A stretch of DNA of 63,774 bases, filler included, from Licmophora abbreviata (Eukaryota): NCBI GenBank assembly GCA_900291995.1. It is 8 parts of 8 records of this genome, joined end to end, with 100 filler letters (N's around TTAATTAATTAA, not from the genome) between each part and the next. Parts side by side here need not be neighbours in the genome. Positions count along the whole stretch, not along the records: positions 1 to 4,592 come from OLMU01005332.1; positions 4,693 to 29,141 come from OLMU01005333.1; 6 more parts are not named here. The stretch is one strand, 5' to 3'. The position numbers were made by a program, and so were the translations under genes. Of this stretch, positions 1-11,352 are shown piece by piece. Position 1 is the first letter of the stretch. Every line of letters begins with the position of its first letter. The notes below the pieces were generated by a model. That model saw only the letters and a list, made by a program, of their open reading frames with translations. It had not been told where the DNA came from and did no database searches.

Positions 1-1083
1 TTTTCGAGGGTGATTTGATTCGACTTGTTTGGCACTAGTCTACGGCAGCACTGTCGGTACTTTACTTTTGGTGGGCAGCTTGGATTGGATTACGGCCGTC
101 CAATGGGTGGCAACGGCACTCGAGGAGGGAGCGAATGTTAAGATCGTTGCTAGGGGTCGGATTGGACTTGGTGCGACATGTGAGACGGTAAGGTCGGAAG
201 AGCTTCAACTATGGAGACAAGGGATGACGGGTCCGCGGTATCTTGAGCCAGTCGACACTCGATCAATGTGTCGTTTGCTAGTTCCGGTGGACTGTATAGC
301 GGTGACATGGCTTGACTCGTTCGTTCCCTGGTGTACGGATCTTCTAGTAGCCCGCGCAGTAGACTCTGAAACTATCTTGGCTCGTAACTGTACAAGCGAG
401 TTTCTTCCTTGCCCAATAAGTCATCGAAGTCGGTGCTCTCCCGCTCAAGGTCGGATAGGAAGAGATTTTTCGCGAGGGCCGGTGGCCATACCAAATGGGA
501 TACTAAATGGGATGGGCGTCCAAATGGACCAATGATCAGCATGACGATGGTCTCGGTATCTTTTGTTGGCGAAGAACGCAATCAATGAGCTGCAAATAGT
601 AATTGTGATCCTCTACGCACAAGAAAGATGGGGCGCTGCTGCTATGGTGTATCTGGAGTAGCACGTGGGCAAAAGTAGTCGATCATTTATCGTCGATCAT
701 CAATCGTCGTCGCCTTCCGCCGCGCAACGAGAGATGAAGCACTTTTTTCTTTCCAAAAGCGATCATTTTGATTTTTTAAAACGCAGTTTGATTTGTTTCG
801 ATTTAATTTTGAATTGTTTTGATTCTGGTATTTTTTTATATGCAAAGTACACTCTTGGGCTCATATCCTCAGCCCGGAGCTCGGAGTCACGTTGAGTCGA
901 GTAAGTCGACAGTTCCTTTTGCTGAGAGCCACACAATTATTTTGTCTTGACATTTTCGACTCGAGGGATTCCAATTTCGATGCTGAGTTGTGTTGTTAGC
1001 GTTCGACATATTGAACATAAGTCATAGACCCCTTTGCAGCGTCGAAGTTACAATCTAGTTCTTGTGGATGCCGTGATAGATCA

Positions 1084-2697
1084 ATGAAGCTAGTGGCGTT
1101 GTGTGCAGTTGTCGTGCTGGTAGCAGCTCGCGAGGCCGCGTCGTTTGCCTTCGTGCAAGTCCCCGTCTCCTCGTCACGATCGACGTCTTTCCGTGATGGC
1201 GAAAACTCGTCACGGCGGACAGGAACCGACTTGGCCTCCGTTGCCTCCGACATGGAGACTTTGACTGTCAAACCTATCACAAGTCTCGATGGCACCGTGA
1301 CTCTACCGGGGTCGAAGTCGCTGAGCAATCGCTGTCTGCTTCTTGCGGCGCTCAGTGAAGGGGAAACGAGAGTGGACAATCTGTTGGACAGTGACGACAT
1401 TCGGTACATGCTTGAAGCCCTCGACCAGCTCGAGGTCCCTGTTGAGAGACACGATGAAACCTCCGTCACTGTCGCCGGACAAGCAGGACCCATCAACTCT
1501 CCGACTCCTGATGTCGTCTCCGAGCTCTTCCTGGGGAATGCCGGTACCGCGATGCGACCACTCGCTGCTGCGCTCTGCATGGGCCACGGAAAGTTTGTTC
1601 TGGATGGCGTGCCGCGGATGCGAGAAAGACCGATTGCTGACTTGGTTGATGGACTGCAGCAGCTCGGAGCCGACGTATCATGTGTGGAGGAAACGGGGTG
1701 TCCTCCGGTTACCATTAATGCCAACGGCCTTGGAGGAGGAAAGGTAAGTAACACGCTGTTATTTTTTTAGAATTAAGAATAGCTGGATGACTGCTGCTGC
1801 CTTGCATCGTTCTCTCACGCTGTAACCTTCTACCTATGTTCTACTGATGAATTTCTATTGTACTGATAGGCAGAGATCAGTGGTAAAATGTCATCGCAGT
1901 TTCTTTCGTCGCTTCTCATGGCAGCACCAGTTGTCGACGGGGATGTTACAATCACCATCAAGGACGAGTTGATCTCGGCGCCGTATGTGGCGCTTACCAT
2001 CGGTCTAATGAAGAAGTTCGGGGTCAGTGTCGATATTCAAGGTGATATGGACGTGACTCCTTCTTTTCATATTGCGGCGTCAGAAGAATACAAGAGTCCA
2101 GAATCGATTCTCGTGGAGGGTGACGCCAGTTCGGCGAGTTATTTTATCGCGGGAGCGGCCATTACCGGCGGAACTGTGACGGTGCGCGGGTGCGGGTCGG
2201 AAAGTGTACAGGGAGATGTAGCGTTTGCCAATGTCATGGAACAAATGGGTGCAACTGTAACGTGGGCGCCCGAAAGCATCACCGTCACTAGGGATCCTTC
2301 TGTAAAGCTCAAGGGGGTGGACGTGGACTGTGGCAAAATACCAGACGCTGCAATGACACTTGCTGTTGCTGCTCTCTTTGCTGAAGGTCCGACAACTATT
2401 CGCAATGTCTACTCGTGGAGACTGAAGGAAACTGAGCGAATGAAGGCGATTGTCGCGGAATGTACGAAGCTCGGGGCCACTGTGGAGGAGTTTCGTGACT
2501 ACTGCATCGTGCATCCTCCCAAAGACAACAAACTCAACGATGGAGTGCTGATTGAGACGTACGACGACCATCGAATGGCCATGACATTTAGTCTTGCGGC
2601 TTGTGGAGGCGTCGATGTCATCATCAACGACCCTGGTTGCACAGCAAAGACTTTCCCGACGTACTTTGACATGCTGGAGAGTATTGCGACACATTAA
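1084..2697 (+). CDS. aroA: EPSP synthase (3-phosphoshikimate 1-carboxyvinyltransferase), plastid-targeted; exons 1084-1743, 1870-2697
   Basis: Motifs [70 protein letters not shown]. Intron 1744 (GTAAGT) to 1869 (TAG) joins [14 protein letters not shown] in frame. N-terminal signal peptide followed by ASFAF. Confidence 0.97.
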
Positions 2698-2733
2698 TCG
2701 ATTCAGTAAAAATTGAAAATGAGTGTCATACCT

Positions 2734-4587
2734 TTAAGCGCCTTGCTTGCTTTTGAGAGTTTGTAGTAGTTTGATCTGCGGGCCAACGGAATCGAAAGAT
2801 ACGGAATTGGCGGCAAGTAATCCAGAACCGGCCACAGCAGGGACGCCAATTCCAGGAAAGCAGCTGTCGCCGCATACTAGCAGGCCGTCCACGGGTGTTC
2901 CTGGGAAGGGGAACGAACCCTCTCCTGCTTTGATGGCTGGACCATACGATCCGTTGTGTCTCCGAAGGAAGCGTTTGTGGGTCAATGGAGTGCCTACGCG
3001 AACTACTCGTGCTCTTTCTCGAATGTCAGGTATCACCTTTTCCAGTACAGACCATAGATGCTGACTGCGTTCCTCCTTAAGCTCTTGATACTCGACAGAC
3101 CTACGGTCGACATTCCCCCATCGAGCATAGTCTTCGGTTGCAGGTGTATAAATGTGCAAGACGCCATATCCCTCTGGTGCGAGTGACTCGTCATTAACCG
3201 AAGGAATCGACAGCAATACCGCATTGTCTTCTGCATCTATCCCTCTTGACCAGTCGTCCATGTACATGTAATGAGCCTGGAGTGATTCGAGCTCCTTCTT
3301 TGTAACGCGAAACCCAAGATGCATGTGCATGAATGACTTGCCGATGGGTGTTTCTATGCGTTCCTTCACGTACGAGTCTGGAAAGGCGGTCTGGTCGACA
3401 ATGCCGCTACCGTACAGGTCCCACACGGAAAGGTTGCTGATCACCGCCTGCTTGGCTTTAATGGCTCGGTTGCCCTTCTTGAGACGTATCCCAGTGGCTC
3501 TGCCGTTCTCAATCATAATCTCATCCACGTGCGAGTTACAAAATATTGAACCTCCTTGTTTCTCAATTCCTCGTACAAGTGCATCAACAATAGCACGGGC
3601 TCCACCTTTAGGGCAGTCAATGACCGAACCCTCTTCGTAGAATTCACCCATCATCATGGCCATTTCAGCCGTGATAGTTCCGCCCGCTCCAAGTCCTGAC
3701 AGACAAAAGCATAGTAGGTCCAACCAGTTTCTTGTAAAGTCCGTCTTGACTCCAGCAGCATCGACGATGTTCACGAACGGTTTGGTGAGCTTGAGATTCT
3801 CCAACGGGTTGAGCGACGCAAAGTTTTTGAGAAAGGGTGCGGCGGTAATGACCGTCGCAATATCCGCCCGAAGTGCTGCGGTGGGTAAAGCCGCGACGGC
3901 CTTTTCCAGAGGCTGCATGTTGCGCAAGAGTTGTTCCCATTCGAGGAGTGCTTGAGTCCCGGCTGCCTGTTCCAGTACACCACCACTCTTTCCGAAACCA
4001 GGAGTATGGATAAAGTCTCCTTCTGGAAATTTGAGTCCGAAGGTTTCATACGGTAAACATTCAACGCGTTCATCAATTGCGTCAAGTACAGTTCGAAGTG
4101 GATTAGATGATTTGGCGGGTAGGTCCGGATTGAGCCCCGAAAAGAAGGAAGGCCCGGTATCAAAAATGAAATGACCATTCAAGTCTCGATCGGCGATCCT
4201 GAAGCCATGCGCGGCTCCTCCGGGAGCATAATGAGACTCAAAGACTGCAACCGAATACCCGTAACGTGCCAGCATGGCCGCGCAAGAGAGACCGCCGATG
4301 CCACTTCCGACGACAATCGTGTCGTACGAGTCCAGGGGCTGTCGCGAGGGAGATGGAATAGGATTCGCAGCACCATCTGTAACATCGGGGAAGCTGATTC
4401 TGTCAGGCACGGCGTTTTGGCCATCATTCCGTCCGGTCGCAAGATGCAAGTCTGACAACTTCCTCCCTGCAGTTCGCGGCCATTGGTTTCGCGCGAGTCG
4501 AGAAAACGGCGCTGCGAGAGGAAGACAGGTCGTTGCCAAGATGGCCACAGTCGAGAGTACTCTGACACGCTTCGTTTGTCGTTTCAT
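2734..4587 (-). CDS. FAD-dependent carotenoid isomerase-like (CRTISO/CrtH-phytoene desaturase superfamily) oxidoreductase, probably plastid-targeted
   Basis: Dinucleotide-binding IVVGSGIGGL...VFESH, FDTGPS, PKGGARAIVDALVRGIEK, GTPLTHKRFLRR, C-terminal CGDSCFPGIGVPAVAGSG. Hydrophobic N-terminus ending AAPF. Confidence 0.88.
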   Translation of the reverse strand: MKRQTKRVRVLSTVAILATTCLPLAAPFSRLARNQWPRTAGRKLSDLHLATGRNDGQNAVPDRISFPDVTDGAANPIPSPSRQPLDSYDTIVVGSGIGGLSCAAMLARYGYSVAVFESHYAPGGAAHGFRIADRDLNGHFIFDTGPSFFSGLNPDLPAKSSNPLRTVLDAIDERVECLPYETFGLKFPEGDFIHTPGFGKSGGVLEQAAGTQALLEWEQLLRNMQPLEKAVAALPTAALRADIATVITAAPFLKNFASLNPLENLKLTKPFVNIVDAAGVKTDFTRNWLDLLCFCLSGLGAGGTITAEMAMMMGEFYEEGSVIDCPKGGARAIVDALVRGIEKQGGSIFCNSHVDEIMIENGRATGIRLKKGNRAIKAKQAVISNLSVWDLYGSGIVDQTAFPDSYVKERIETPIGKSFMHMHLGFRVTKKELESLQAHYMYMDDWSRGIDAEDNAVLLSIPSVNDESLAPEGYGVLHIYTPATEDYARWGNVDRRSVEYQELKEERSQHLWSVLEKVIPDIRERARVVRVGTPLTHKRFLRRHNGSYGPAIKAGEGSFPFPGTPVDGLLVCGDSCFPGIGVPAVAGSGLLAANSVSFDSVGPQIKLLQTLKSKQGA

Positions 4588-4592
4588 GGTCG

Positions 4593-4692
4593 NNNNNNNN
4601 NNNNNNNNNNNNNNNNNNNNNNNNNNNNNNNNNNNNTTAATTAATTAANNNNNNNNNNNNNNNNNNNNNNNNNNNNNNNNNNNNNNNNNNNN
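4593..4692. other. Artificial contig spacer (44 N + TTAATTAATTAA six-frame stop + 44 N); identical spacers at 29142-29241, 33949-34048, 46028-46127, 56601-56700, 59335-59434, 61547-61646
   Basis: Same 100-bp layout seven times; the 12-mer places stop codons in all six frames. Confidence 0.99.
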
Positions 4693-5007
4693 TTTGAATT
4701 TTGATATGAGTAATACAAGAAACGAGGTCCTTTGGGTTCGTCCGTCGCTCAGCACATAACTAACAAAAAAGACGCGTGCGCGTCTCGCCATCGCTCTAAC
4801 CATGACGAGCATCACATAAAAACATCATGCACAACTTCAAGCTTTGAACTTGCTTCAGAGTTGCTTGAAAACTACTAGGTCTAGCCGTCAAAACGTAGAC
4901 AGTAGACTTAGTGTAGCTTGCACATTATCTGGTCAAGACAGGGTGTCTGAGGCATATTCGCGGCTTCGGATACCTCCACAGCCGAAAACTAGCGTCTGAA
5001 AACTGAG

Positions 5008-7622
5008 ATGATGTTCTCGGGCCGCCGGATTTCAATCTTTTTGTACTTTGTACTACTTTCGGCTGCAACTATTCAGAGAGGGGAATGTTTCTGTTCATTA
5101 TCAATATATTTACAATCCGCATCGCAATCTAAAGCATGTCGACGGCCGCTGCCTCTGCTGTGCATGGCCAAGACTCCCACAGCACTGCGACGTATGGAAC
5201 AAAGCTGGTTTCCTCGAAAGTACGACGACGACGACATTTACAACTCTCGAGCGACAGAGGACTTGGAAGAGGCATCTTTGAACTTTCTAGCGACACTGAT
5301 ACGGAAGCATCTCAGTCGGACAGAGGAGAACACCACTAATACAGGCCCTACTGCTACTATTGACGCCGACTTGAGTACTCCGCACAGCCTTGCCGCGGGG
5401 CGATTCGCCGATCTGACTTGCACTCAAGAAGGAGAGCGAATCCTTGAGCGCTTATTTTTAACGCAAGACCTAGTCGACGTGGAAGAGGACATACTACTGG
5501 GTGCCGTCACGGCTCTTCAATCATTGTGCATCATGGGAACACAAGTCGGCGTCAAGGGAACACCGGAACAGTTGCAGCGCATGGTGGCTCATCTTGAGCC
5601 GGAACAAGACGACCCCGCGGACACAAGCAATGCATGGAATGCTAACAACGTGCGGAATCTTAAGTACAGCGTCGACCAGATAGCCGGAACGCAGCTACTG
5701 GCAGTCCTCAAACGGAAACGAACCACGATGGGAGCGTTTGGTTTGTTGGTAGACATGGGTGTGTGGGAGCGCCATGAAAACTTGGCGCTCTTGCGCAGTG
5801 GCTTTCCAATTCGATTTACAACAGACGAGAAAGAAGCGGCTCGCCACGCCGAGTCCAGTATGCATGATCCAGACCAGTTGCTGGGATTACGAAAGGACTT
5901 TCGGGACCAAAAGGTCTACACAATTGACAGCGCATCGACGAACGAGATTGACGATGGACTGTCGGTCGAAGTGTTGGAGAACGACGATGGCACAACAAGA
6001 CATCGATTTTGGATACACATTGCCGATGCAGATAGATGGGCACCACGTGATTCTCAAGTCTTTGGGGCTGCAGCTCGCCGAGCAAGCTCACTCTACCTAC
6101 CTACCGGGTCTATCCCCATGTTCCCAAAGGAGCTGAGCACGGGCGTCATGTCGCTCAAAGCGCATCAAGACACCTGTGCACTTTCCCTGGGCGTTGAATT
6201 ACATCCTGATGGCTCGATCGACGCTTCCAGTCTCATTGTGACTCCATCACGGATACGAGTCCAGTATCGGTTGAGCTTTGACGAAGTAGACGAGATGCTG
6301 GAGGGTATGTTTTTTTGGTTTTTTGCTACACTTGCGACTGTACTGGCGCGTACTCACACACACGCCCACACAATCGATATCGCTTCTAGAGGGCGTCGCC
6401 TATCTTGAGGAGTGGGAACTGGGAACACTGTTGGCGGTAGCAATCAAGCGACGAGAATATCGCATGGGGAATGGATCATCAGAGGCCATGGTCCCGCATC
6501 CAATACCGCAAGCGAGCATAGCCACGTATCGAGATGAAAGCGCCCCGGACGGGTTAGGAATCAAATTAACCGTGGAAGTGAGTCACAATGCGGGAAAAAA
6601 TCAGACGGCCAATGCAGAAGGCGCGGCGTCGAAGTCGTCTTCAAGCGAGAGTACGAACATTGCCCCCGTCTCTCCTTCATTCATGCTTGTGACGGAAATG
6701 ATGATTCTAGCAGGTGAGGCGATTGGGAAGTGGAAGATAGAAAACGATCGAGAACACGAGACCCTTAACAAGGAGAGCGCCAAAGATAGATCGTTGCTCT
6801 CCAATTTTCTCTCTCTTCCTTTCCGGAGTCAGCCGAAGCCAGGTGCGTGTCTGTGGAGTACTGCATGTTCGTTGTGTAGAATTGCGAATGTCGTTCAAGT
6901 CTGATGTGCCCGTTTTGGAACAATGCGTAGACTTCCAGTCCAGGGGTCGTGAAAGGCGAATATGGGAAGACCTATTGGAGCACAACGTGGGGAATGGATA
7001 CTGTCACGCTTGGTACTCTCGACGCTTTTTCCAACCTGTGAATGTTTCTGAGACGGTCGCCCCTCATTCTGGGCTAGGATTGGACTGTTACGTACAGTGG
7101 TCTAGTCCAATCCGGAGATTCGGTGACCTCCAGTGCCATGCCGCTGTGAAGCGATACATTCGCCGAGGGAGAGTCAACGAACTTGTCAGGGACGGAACGC
7201 CGCTTCCTTCGGGACTTCGGGTCGAAGACCTTGGATGTGCTCTGCCACAAGTAAATATGAGCGAAACGTTGGAAGAGGAGAAGCGTGATGCTAACGTGGA
7301 CGATATTGACTATCGCCTTGGCGGGGGTCTGATCGGTGCTGCTCGACAGCTGCAGCGAGCGAGCCTACAGTACTGGATGTTCGTGTACGTGCAGCGATTG
7401 TGGGACAAAGACCCTGACAAAGCAGTGTTCGATTGTATCGTTTTGGGGTGTGTGGACCCAGATCGATACCAGTACGTTGTGTACGTTACAGAACTCGGGC
7501 TTGAGCATCGTTATCTATCTCAGCGCGGCCCCCTGAAAGCAGGAGCAGCGATCCGCCTGAAGGTGGCTTCCGTGGTTCCGCGCACCGGCCTCTTGACTTT
7601 CACTCTGGCGCCAATCTCATAA
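5008..7622 (+). CDS. RNase II/RNB-family 3'-5' exoribonuclease, organelle (probably plastid) type; exons 5008-6304, 6390-6842, 6931-7622
   Basis: Catalytic motif YTIDSASTNEIDDGLS, WIHIAD, SLYLPTGSIPMFP, LVTEMMILAGE, HSGLGLDCYVQWSSPIRRFGDL, OB/S1-like C-terminus. Two GT-AG introns (6305-6389, 6843-6930) restore the frame. N-terminal signal peptide. Confidence 0.92.
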
Positions 7623-7794
7623 AACAGAGAACTACCTACAGTACTCGTGCCTGCAATGGAGCATTCGCCTTGCGTCATGTAGAGCAGCCTAGTTGCGAGC
7701 GAAATGTGGTAGCACCACTGCACTTTAATATAGACAGTTAGAGTATGTCGTAAAGGCAGTAGCCCCTTACGGTCTGCTAATTATCAGCTCACGG

Positions 7795-8718
7795 TCAGTG
7801 AAAAGCATACGGAATGATGTCTCGGAGAGCTCGCTGTGCCATGCGGTGGGCCCTTCGCGACTCTGGATCTTGCATATTTTGTCGGTGTTCCTCCTTTTCC
7901 TCGTGCTGTGCATGTAGACGCTGCAGCAGTTCCTCCTTGTATGTCTGCCTCTTGCCCATCTTGACGGCGACTCTGTATTTGTAATCCTTCATTCCAATTG
8001 TTAGAGTCACGAGTTTGAGACTCTTAATGCAGAGTAAAGCTTGGTCTTGCGTTTCAAAGGTAACGAATACAACCGAACGAATGTCTGGTTTTTCTTCACT
8101 TTGATGCGAAGGAATCAGCGTTACATCGCAGACCGTCCCAAAAGCCATGCAACGGTCCCTCACTTCATCGTCGGCCATCTCGAAGGGCAATCCAAACACT
8201 GCTACGGTGCATGGCTGGAAGTCTTCCGGTAGAGTGGGTTTGGCTTGGACCATGGAGAGACTGATCTTGCCTTCCTTGTGGGCCAAGACAAGAACTTGTA
8301 CACGATCTCCTTCACTCACAAGGGCTGCGGGGTCTTTGACATAGCTGTCTGCCATTTCGGTAATGTGCACCAGTCCGTCGGTATTCATGCCGTCGATTCG
8401 GACAAAGACGCCATATTCTTGAATGCTCCTGACGACACCGGAGTGCTGTGAGCCCTCTTCAAGCTCGATTCCTTCCATATGGCGGGTGTCTCTATCAGCT
8501 CGACCCCGGGAGTCGTCTCGGAAGAATCGCACTCCGCCGGCGCGAGAAGAAGCAAGCAGAGACGGAGGGTTCGAGACAAGAAGCGACACAGCGCTTCGAC
8601 TCGATGTGGGGCTTGCAACGCGGGTCGTGATGTCGTCTGCGCATGCAAGTGCCCTTGACCAGCGTGCCCGCAGCAGCTGCGATCTTGCCGTCATTTTCGA
8701 CATCCAGACACTTGTCAT
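7795..8718 (-). CDS. S1 domain + RRM RNA-binding protein with Arg/Ser-rich (mitochondrial-type) presequence
   Basis: S1: GVVRSIQEYGVFVRIDGMNTDGLVHITEMADSYVKDPAALVSEGDRVQVLVL...KISLSM. RRM: TVAVFGLP...FGTV...VFVTFETQDQA. Confidence 0.85.
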   Translation of the reverse strand: MTSVWMSKMTARSQLLRARWSRALACADDITTRVASPTSSRSAVSLLVSNPPSLLASSRAGGVRFFRDDSRGRADRDTRHMEGIELEEGSQHSGVVRSIQEYGVFVRIDGMNTDGLVHITEMADSYVKDPAALVSEGDRVQVLVLAHKEGKISLSMVQAKPTLPEDFQPCTVAVFGLPFEMADDEVRDRCMAFGTVCDVTLIPSHQSEEKPDIRSVVFVTFETQDQALLCIKSLKLVTLTIGMKDYKYRVAVKMGKRQTYKEELLQRLHAQHEEKEEHRQNMQDPESRRAHRMAQRALRDIIPYAFH

Positions 8719-9080
8719 CGTGGGAAGCAGACGGGGTGAAACTGAACTGTTTTCTATAGTGTACTCGTAGGTCTACCTGTACACTTGCAGTACTCAGACT
8801 TCGGACGTGTGGCTCGTCTTGAATGAACCGGCAGGGAATCACACTCACGCCGGTATTCGTACAATGAACATGTACTACCAGTATCGTACAACAACACAAT
8901 GCTCATCGTCACCACGTTCAAACATCCCTCACGACACCCAGTCGAGGAATGAGTGGCTACGGTGATCCGGGGGATAGCAGACGGAAGAGTCATGACCTGT
9001 ACTCGCAATCTCGTGCAAAGCAGCTATCTAATGCAAGGCGAACAACACCGAAGGCCATGCAACCCCTCATAAGTGTCTCG

Positions 9081-10283
9081 TTATTCTAATCTACTACTGA
9101 GTACTTCGTAGCGACTCTCCTCTTTTGCATACTGACTAAACCCGACTGCGTCTTTCGTCTCCGGGAACGGCAAGATGAGTTCGTCTGTCGGTTCGCCATT
9201 TCTAATCCGGTCAAGGGCATCGTTCATTGCCTTGATAGAGGCACTGAGAAGCGTCAACGGGTACGCTGCCATGGTATATCCCATCGCTTTCAGCTTCTGG
9301 GGTGGTAGAATGGGCGTGCTGCCGTACTCGAGCATGTTTGCAAGCTTAGGTCCAGTGACTCGCGAGCAGTACTCCTCCATCTGCTCCACAGATTCAGGAG
9401 CCTCGAGAAACGTCATATCGCATCCCACTTCTCGAAACGCCAGACATCGCTGTATAGCATCATCGAAGCCATCTGTTCTGAGCGAGTCGGTTCTCGCTAG
9501 CACCAGGGGACCTGTCCCTGACCCGTATTGCGACGCATACTCGTCTCTGAAGATGAGATAGGCGTGGGTGTGCGTTTCATACGAAGAAAAGGATTAAGCT
9601 CGTGGTCACTCATACGATTGATAAAACACTGATATAAATACGTCAGTAGCCAAAGCCCGCAAGAGCAGTACGCACCTCGCATCACAGGCTGCCTTGACCC
9701 GCTGGACAGCCTCGTCGAATGGAATCACGGACTTTCCAGCAACGTGCCCGCACCGCTTGGGAGAGACCTGGTCTTCAATCATGATTCCAGCCATGCCGGA
9801 TCGAGCGTAGCCAAAGACAGTGCGCTTGGCGTTGACGGCGTTGCCGTAACCTGTATCACCGTCGGCGATACAAGGGATCGGCTGTTGTTGCAGTTCGAGC
9901 GCGGCAGACGAAAGCCCTTCTGCAACAGATGCAGCTGCCGATACCATTTCGGCGTATGATACCAGCTGCGTATCGGGATAGCCATTCACACCCGAAACTC
10001 CAAAGCCCGTCATGAAGGTAGCGTCAAAGCCTGCCCGAGCAACGAGGCGAGCCGAGAGGCCGTCGTAACAGCAAGGGAGCAGGATCGGCATGTCTGAGTC
10101 TCGTGTTCCGTCCATCTCCTGTTGAAGCAAGCTCCGCAATCGTTCTGGGGGCGACATTGCGACACACAGGAGATTGTATCCCTGTGGTGTCGCAGCGCTG
10201 ATCCAGTAAGGGCAAGCCATCGCCACGACGGCAAAGAGAGGACAGGGCCGCGCTGACCGCTTCGTGCTGAGTCGTCGATTCAT
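9081..10283 (-). CDS. Isocitrate lyase/PEP-mutase superfamily enzyme (2-methylisocitrate lyase / 2,3-dimethylmalate lyase-like); exons 10283-9676, 9546-9081
   Basis: PCCYDGLSARL, IADGDTGYGN, IEDQVSPKRCGH catalytic loop, LARTD, FLEAP, LANMLEYGSTP. Intron 9547-9675 (GTGCGT...CAG on minus). Confidence 0.92.
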
Positions 10284-10985
10284 TGTTCAAGATTTCCGTG
10301 AAAAGTAGCGTGTGATCAAGGTTTATTCCTCTCACTACGTACTCTGCCCCTCCTTTTTCGCAGACCGGTTCCGTTCCTCTTATTCGACAGGCGGTGTGAG
10401 GGGATCCTGGGCACAGCGACGACGCGACGACATTGCTATCATACCTGCAGAACCGAGACGACAGACGACGCGTGCTGAGATTGTCAAATTGTAAATTGTA
10501 AATTGTGGTTCGGGAGCCAAGGCGAGCTTTTAGTGTAGAGCTCGTGAAGAGAGTCAGGCTAACACGGCGTCAGATTAGGAATACATAGGTCTACGGACGA
10601 GCTGTGAATTTCGAAAAGGAGAAGCGAGACGACACTTGCAACAATAGGGGCATATGGAAGCTGGCATCGTGTCCTCTGCGGCATGTCGCTCGTCGCTGTC
10701 ACCGGGAGCTAGAAGTCTCGGCATATGATATGAGCCACGCACGTGTGCCGATCCCACTACGGTCGCTTGAGTTCAGCACCGCGTCGTCCATTCGTCCACG
10801 ACTTGAGGAGAAGATCTCTTGAAATACACCCTAAGATACTATTGTGTGCTCCATAGAATATACTAAGATAAACAAGAGAGCTGTCTCAGGCATGTCCTAT
10901 GGCAACCTCGGCTGTCTGCCATCTCCCAAGAACTCGATTCGTAGTCAAATCCGAGGAAACCCGCAGTCAGGCTCCTCTTCTTCTT

Positions 10986-11350
10986 TCACCTACACGTATT
11001 CCATGGGTTCCCGTGTTCCCCCGAGTTAGACGACTGGTTCACGGACACAGCGGGCGGACCCTTTTGCGCCGCAAGAGTCTTTTCAGCCACCGCATTCGCA
11101 GGCTGATCTAGGAGAGTTGTATTAGAAGGGTGTGTGAGAGAGAGACAAAGAGCTCGTGAGTTGACATTGCTTAGTCAAACAACAAACACGGATTTCCGAG
11201 ACGGCTCACCTGCAGCGTTGTTGCTCTCTGCATTCTTGAGCTGCTCCTTGGTCGCTTCCAACTCTCGCTTCAAAAAAAGTCTCCGCTGTTTCCTTCCATT
11301 AAGTGTCCATGTTCGCAGGAGCGAGGAGGCCACGTCGCTACTGGACGGTT
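10986..11350 (-). pseudogene. Possible relic 3' exons of an unidentified spliced gene (coiled-coil exon, 102-nt intron 11108-11209, last exon)
   Basis: Minus strand reads LKRELEATKEQLKNAESNNAA, then G|GTGAGC, a CTCAC branch-like site, a pyrimidine tract and CTAG|, then DQPANAVAEKTLAAQKGPP... to TGA. No in-frame ATG of its own was found. Confidence 0.4.
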
Positions 11351-11352
11351 GT

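Noticed and set aside
29..581. ORFs at the window start (29-535 +, 372-581 -)
   Set aside because: No recognisable motifs and no consistent exon model on either strand.
1531..1563. Glyphosate-resistant EPSPS
   Set aside because: [11 protein letters not shown] is the wild-type class I sequence, with G, T and P unchanged.
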